The notes below the pieces were generated by a model that saw only the letters and a list, made by a program, of their open reading frames with translations, did no database searches and had not been told where the DNA came from. From a bacterium (lineage in GTDB: Bacteria > Patescibacteriota > Minisyncoccia > Sungbacterales > SURF-37), in the NCBI GenBank assembly GCA_030648055.1, contig JAUSHI010000009.1:47722-111721 (forward strand): 64,000 nucleotides of DNA, written 5' to 3'. The position numbers were made by a program, and so were the translations under genes. Position 1 is the first letter of the stretch. Every line of letters begins with the position of its first letter. Positions 59,785 through 64,000 of the stretch are shown here, piece after piece.

Positions 59785-60687
59785 CTATTTGTTTATATTT
59801 TTCTGTTTGTTGATAATCTCCTCAAGCTTAATCTCCTCAAGTTGGGTAAGCACGTCCGGAGCAATACGCTCCAAGACCCCTCTTTCTCTCCCGTCTGTGT
59901 AGGCCCGGCTCATGTGATTGGGATAGGTGCGGGCGAATTCAAGAAGATAGCCGGCGAGCGTTATCAAGTCAGCATCTGTTGGTCCTCCTTGTTCCTCCTC
60001 TATCTGGCTGAAAAGTGGACCTCTTATTGCCCATTGAAGAGCTGAAACCACGATACTATTGTCGGGATGGTCCTTTTGTTTTACGGAAAGTTTGGTTAAA
60101 GAGGTTATGATCTTTTTTCCGTAGCGCTGCCAGTGTTCGGTTGTTATGTATGAAAGGCGACCTATATATGAAAGGCGACCGAGGGCGGTGTATCCTTCCC
60201 CGTCCCGATACCAGACACTATCTGGGTCAGTCCAGCCAGCGGATTCCAGCTCTTCTTCAATCTGAGAGAATAACGCATCAGCCACCCGATAGTCATGCGG
60301 CCTTTCCTCCGGCTTCATTAGAAAGAGGACATGGGCAAAAGTTTCAACAAGCATTTTAAGAGCGTAGCCCTTGGTCACGCCTGCCGACTTCATGGCTTCT
60401 GTAATGTTTTGGATACCGCAGTTCTGGAGTGCTACTTCAGGCACGGAAGGCACAATTTCTAGAGGCATGTTGGCCGTCTCGTTCCACGGCGTTTTAGCGT
60501 CCTTTCCACAAACCACAAGCGTGCCATCTTCGGCGAGGACTTTCGCGTAGCCGCCGCCTGATTTCAAGCGCTCGGCGCAGAGCTCTTTTGTCCGCGAAAG
60601 CGAGCGAATTTCATCGGTTGAGGCGAAACTACAAAAAGGAAAGCCAAAAAGCAGTAGCGCGATAAACGCTGGCACGGTTTTTTTCAT
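59785..60687 (-). CDS. Secreted hypothetical helical protein
   Basis: Signal peptide MKKTVPAFIALLLFG...SFA; SD AAGGAG. Confidence 0.75.
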   Translation of the reverse strand: MKKTVPAFIALLLFGFPFCSFASTDEIRSLSRTKELCAERLKSGGGYAKVLAEDGTLVVCGKDAKTPWNETANMPLEIVPSVPEVALQNCGIQNITEAMKSAGVTKGYALKMLVETFAHVLFLMKPEERPHDYRVADALFSQIEEELESAGWTDPDSVWYRDGEGYTALGRLSYIGRLSYITTEHWQRYGKKIITSLTKLSVKQKDHPDNSIVVSALQWAIRGPLFSQIEEEQGGPTDADLITLAGYLLEFARTYPNHMSRAYTDGRERGVLERIAPDVLTQLEEIKLEEIINKQKNINK

Positions 60688-60699
60688 AGCTTCTCCTTA

Positions 60700-60709
60700 T
60701 TAAAGAGCA
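60700..60709 (-). promoter_or_regulatory. boxA-like element TGCTCTTTAA directly upstream of the SD
   Basis: Matches the E. coli rrn boxA core; one of about 12 related leaders in the window. Confidence 0.6.
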
Positions 60710-60953
60710 ATTCCCCTTCATTATGTGTTGCAATTTTTATGCTTTTTGTCAAGCAATCTTATAACTTATCCACAAGAAATTTGATTGCGTTTTTTTTGGT
60801 GATAAGATTAAGACAACGGAAGCGTTTGAGGGAAAAAAGTTTTTAACAATCTGATATTCAATCAAAATGTTCAGGGAATTTTTACAAAAGGCCTTAAGCA
60901 TTTGCCGCATCAAGAAAATGGCGGGGTATCGCCATGTACCGAGGTGCGGATTT

Positions 60954-61169
60954 TTATTCGTTTGTTCGCGAGGCGTAGCCGAGCGATTACAAACGAATAA
61001 CCCAGCCCTCTATGCTGATTGATTGCGTAAATGCAATAATTTATGAAGAAAAAACTTGTAAAGAGTAATAAACGAAATTCGGGCGGCTTAGAGGGCTGGG
61101 TGCTCAATGTTGTAGCTAAATTCTTTCGCTCGCATTGGGCTCGCTCATAATTTAGACATCATTGGCATG
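60954..61169. repeat. Family A element, core 61000-61101
   Basis: acccagccctct ... agagggctgggt; right bulged arm abuts the nrdJ ATG. Confidence 0.85.
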
Positions 61170-63470
61170 CCTCCAAAAATCACAATCCCATTTAAAACAG
61201 TTAGGAAGCGCGACGGCAGGATCGTGCCTTTTGACCAATCTCGTATTACAAGCGCGATTTACCGCGCCATGGGGGCCTCTTCCGAGGGTGATCTTCAGCG
61301 CGACCCGACGAGAGTTTCCGAGAGAGTTCTACGTGAACTCATAAGAAAATTTCCGGCTGGATATACTCCGGGCATTGAAGAAATTCAGGACGCGGCCGAA
61401 GAGGCGCTCATTCTTATGGATTTCCCCAAAACCGCCAAGCATTATATTTTGTACCGCTCAAAGCGGGCCGAAATTCGCGATCAGATGAAGTTGGTTCCCG
61501 AGCGCGTTAAGGATCTTGCCCGTGAAAGCAAGAAATATTTCAGGAATACCCTTTCCGAGTTTATTTATTACCGTACTTATTCGCGGTGGATTGATGAAGA
61601 GAACCGCCGGGAAACATGGATAGAGACCGTTGAGCGCTATGTCGCTTTTATGAAAGAGAACCTCGGCAATAAGTTGGACGAGGATGAATATATAGAAATC
61701 AAAAACGCTATTTTCCATCAAGAGGTCATGCCTTCAATGCGCCTGATGTGGAGCGCGGGGTCCGCGGCGCGAAAGACCAACGTCTGCGCTTACAACTGCG
61801 CGTATATTGCTCCGTCTAAAATTGAAGATTTCGCTGAAATTATGTATCTCTTGATGTGCGGAACTGGCGTTGGTTTTTCTATTGAGTCGCAGACCGTTCA
61901 GCAGCTTCCCATAATCAAACGCCAGAGTGGCAAGAAATTAAAAGATTATGTCATTGAAGACAGCAAAGAGGGCTGGGGTAACTCCTTAACACTCGGTCTT
62001 AAGACATGGTTCGGGGGCAAGGATGTAAAATTTGATTTTTCAAAATTGCGACCGGCTGGCGCGCGCCTTAAGACAATGGGCGGAAGAAGTTCCGGGCCGG
62101 AGCCGTTAAAAGCACTTTTAGAGTTTGCCAGAGTGAAAATACTTACCGCGGAAGGTAGGCGTCTTACTAACATTAATGTCCATGATATTATCTGCAAAAT
62201 CGGCGAGGTCGTGGTTATGGGCGGAGTAAGAAGATCCGCGCTTATTTCTCTTTCCGACCTTGATGACAATGAAATGCGCCTTGCTAAAACAGGCAAGTTT
62301 TATCTTACAAATCCGCAGAGAATGATGGCTAATAATTCCGCAGTTTATAATGTGAAGCCTACGACAACAAAGTTTCTTGAGGAATGGCTGGCCTTGGCGG
62401 AAAGCGGTACCGGCGAGCGCGGGATTTTTAACCGAGGTGGCCTTGAAAAGCAACTGCCGGCTCGTAGATGGAAAGTGTTCGGAAAACATGTATCCACCGC
62501 GGGTATAAACCCGTGCGGCGAAATAGTTCTTCGTTCAAAGCAGTTTTGCAATCTTACAGAGGTGGTCGCGCGCCACGAGGATACTGAGGCGACACTTTTG
62601 AAAAAAATCCGTCTGGCGACGATTATTGGCACTTATCAGTCGTTGTTGACCAACTTTCAATATATATCCAAGGAGTGGAAGAAAAACTGCGAAGAAGAGC
62701 GTTTGCTCGGCGTTTCCGTTACCGGTCAATGGGATTCGCCTGCGGTCCGGCATTCGGCAACTTTGAAAAAACTTAGAGACAAAGCGATAGCCGTAAACAA
62801 AGAATATGCGAAACGGTTTGGTATGAACGAATCAACATGCATCACCTGCGTTAAGCCCTCGGGAACGGTTTCCCAATTAGTAGATGCTTCTTCTGGAATG
62901 CATCCGCGCCATGCGCGCTATTATATTCGCCGCATCCGCATTTCGGCGACTGATCCATTGTTCCATATGATGAAAGAACAGAAATTTCCTTATCAGTCGG
63001 AAGTGGGCCAGCTTGAAAGTTCAGCCACAACTTATGTTTTGGAGTTTCCAGTTGAGGCCCCGAAGGGGGCGGTATTTAGGAACGATCTTACTGCGCTTGA
63101 ACAGCTTCAGTACTGGAAAATGGTTAAAGAAAATTATACCGAGCACAATCCTTCGGTTACGGTCTCGGTGGGGGATGACGAATGGATTGAAACCGCTAAC
63201 TGGTTGTATAAAGAATGGGAAATGCTTGGCGGTCTTTCGTTTTTGCCGAGAACCGAGCATGTTTATCAATTAGCACCTTACGAGGAAATAAACGAAGAGC
63301 AATACAAAGAGCTTTTGGCTAAAATGCCGCAGATTGATTTTTCGCATATTGTTGCCTATGAAGAAGAAGACCAGACAAGTGGCGCTAAAGAGCTTGCTTG
63401 CGTCAGCGGGGTTTGTGAGATTGATTCCGAAGAAGAGTTGTCTTCAATTAAAGTGTTTCTGCCATCCTGA
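61167..63470 (+). CDS. nrdJ: Class II (adenosylcobalamin-dependent) ribonucleotide reductase with N-terminal ATP cone
   Basis: VRKRDGR.VPFD (ATP cone), YNC, GGVRRSA, NPCGE, CNL, VKPSGT, C-terminal ACVSGVCE. Confidence 0.92.
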   Translation: MPPKITIPFKTVRKRDGRIVPFDQSRITSAIYRAMGASSEGDLQRDPTRVSERVLRELIRKFPAGYTPGIEEIQDAAEEALILMDFPKTAKHYILYRSKRAEIRDQMKLVPERVKDLARESKKYFRNTLSEFIYYRTYSRWIDEENRRETWIETVERYVAFMKENLGNKLDEDEYIEIKNAIFHQEVMPSMRLMWSAGSAARKTNVCAYNCAYIAPSKIEDFAEIMYLLMCGTGVGFSIESQTVQQLPIIKRQSGKKLKDYVIEDSKEGWGNSLTLGLKTWFGGKDVKFDFSKLRPAGARLKTMGGRSSGPEPLKALLEFARVKILTAEGRRLTNINVHDIICKIGEVVVMGGVRRSALISLSDLDDNEMRLAKTGKFYLTNPQRMMANNSAVYNVKPTTTKFLEEWLALAESGTGERGIFNRGGLEKQLPARRWKVFGKHVSTAGINPCGEIVLRSKQFCNLTEVVARHEDTEATLLKKIRLATIIGTYQSLLTNFQYISKEWKKNCEEERLLGVSVTGQWDSPAVRHSATLKKLRDKAIAVNKEYAKRFGMNESTCITCVKPSGTVSQLVDASSGMHPRHARYYIRRIRISATDPLFHMMKEQKFPYQSEVGQLESSATTYVLEFPVEAPKGAVFRNDLTALEQLQYWKMVKENYTEHNPSVTVSVGDDEWIETANWLYKEWEMLGGLSFLPRTEHVYQLAPYEEINEEQYKELLAKMPQIDFSHIVAYEEEDQTSGAKELACVSGVCEIDSEEELSSIKVFLPS

Positions 63471-63585
63471 TGTTTCTTTGCAGTCCGCTCCTTTTGGGGC
63501 GGTTTTTTTAAATTACATTTTTTGACAAAAAAGAGGGATCATTATATTCATAAGTACGAGGAGATTTTTTAGAAGGAGAGGCGAG

Positions 63586-64000
63586 ATGCTTAGAAGCAGA
63601 GTTTTCCGTTTTCTCCGAAGACATGGTTTGCCCACGCAACCGGAAATGTGGCTTATTATGGTTTTTGTGTGCGTTCTTGGAGGAGCATTTAGCGCATACG
63701 TCACATCGGATGCATTTCGCTTTGCAAGCGTGGAAGTTTTAGCGCGTCAGCACCTTTTCAACACAACCGGGAAAGATGTTCCGGTCTCGGTCACTGGAGG
63801 AAATCTCAAGGACGGTTTCACGTTCTCCATTCTCTATAAAAAAGTAGAACAAGATGGAACCGTTTCGCGCCGCGGGGTGTTCTCCGGAACGGCATGGCCG
63901 AATAATGGCCGCGTTGAAGGGCGAACTAAGGAGCAGGTTTTGCTCCGTGGCGACCGCGGACATCACAGCGTTTCCACAACGCCGGAGGGCGTGGTCGAGA
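63586..64000 (+). CDS. Hypothetical membrane-anchored protein, truncated by the window end
   Basis: SD AAGGAG, ATG at 63586, TM segment, open to the end of the window. Confidence 0.6.
   Translation, partial: MLRSRVFRFLRRHGLPTQPEMWLIMVFVCVLGGAFSAYVTSDAFRFASVEVLARQHLFNTTGKDVPVSVTGGNLKDGFTFSILYKKVEQDGTVSRRGVFSGTAWPNNGRVEGRTKEQVLLRGDRGHHSVSTTPEGVVE

Noticed and set aside
60149-60180. 18-bp-period duplication (GRLSYI x2) in the secreted hypothetical protein
   Set aside because: Ordinary in-frame slippage duplication with no further structure.
48141-61101. Family A repeats as a CRISPR array or integron attC sites
   Set aside because: The copies are dispersed, have no unique fixed-length spacers and no RYYYAAC/GTTRRRY boxes; no integrase is present and several flank core genes.

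Overview
64-kb bacterial chromosome segment (genetic code 11). Gene content and style suggest Patescibacteria/CPR (Parcubacteria-like); this is an inference from the compact Mfd, Rel and YbeY, the PaaX/Cas2-like protein and core genes lacking Shine-Dalgarno sites. The core backbone is yvcK, tsaC, dcd, glyA, folD, tRNA-Leu(CAA), parA/parB, rel, topA, dprA, mfd, pth, lepB, hisS, hit, rpsU, yqeY, ybeY, ftsA, ftsZ and nrdJ. Accessory blocks are (i) a ~19-kb region ending at the tRNA 3' end, with a biosynthetic cluster (MppJ-like C-methyltransferase, orphan TPP E1 alpha/beta, two PaaK/CapK-like ligases, SDR, DegT, methyltransferases, GT2s) and a TPR/surface-protein module, and (ii) a MoxR-DUF58-BatD-vWA operon followed by HtrA, a BT1 transporter and an S41 protease. 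Two non-coding signals stand out. About 12 accessory genes carry a boxA-like motif plus a strong SD in their leaders, unlike the core genes. At least four families of palindromic intergenic elements show covarying stems and conserved bulges; one family has an apparently invertible core and another duplicates start codons. No transposase, integrase or CRISPR array was seen. All product calls come from motif recognition, not database searches.
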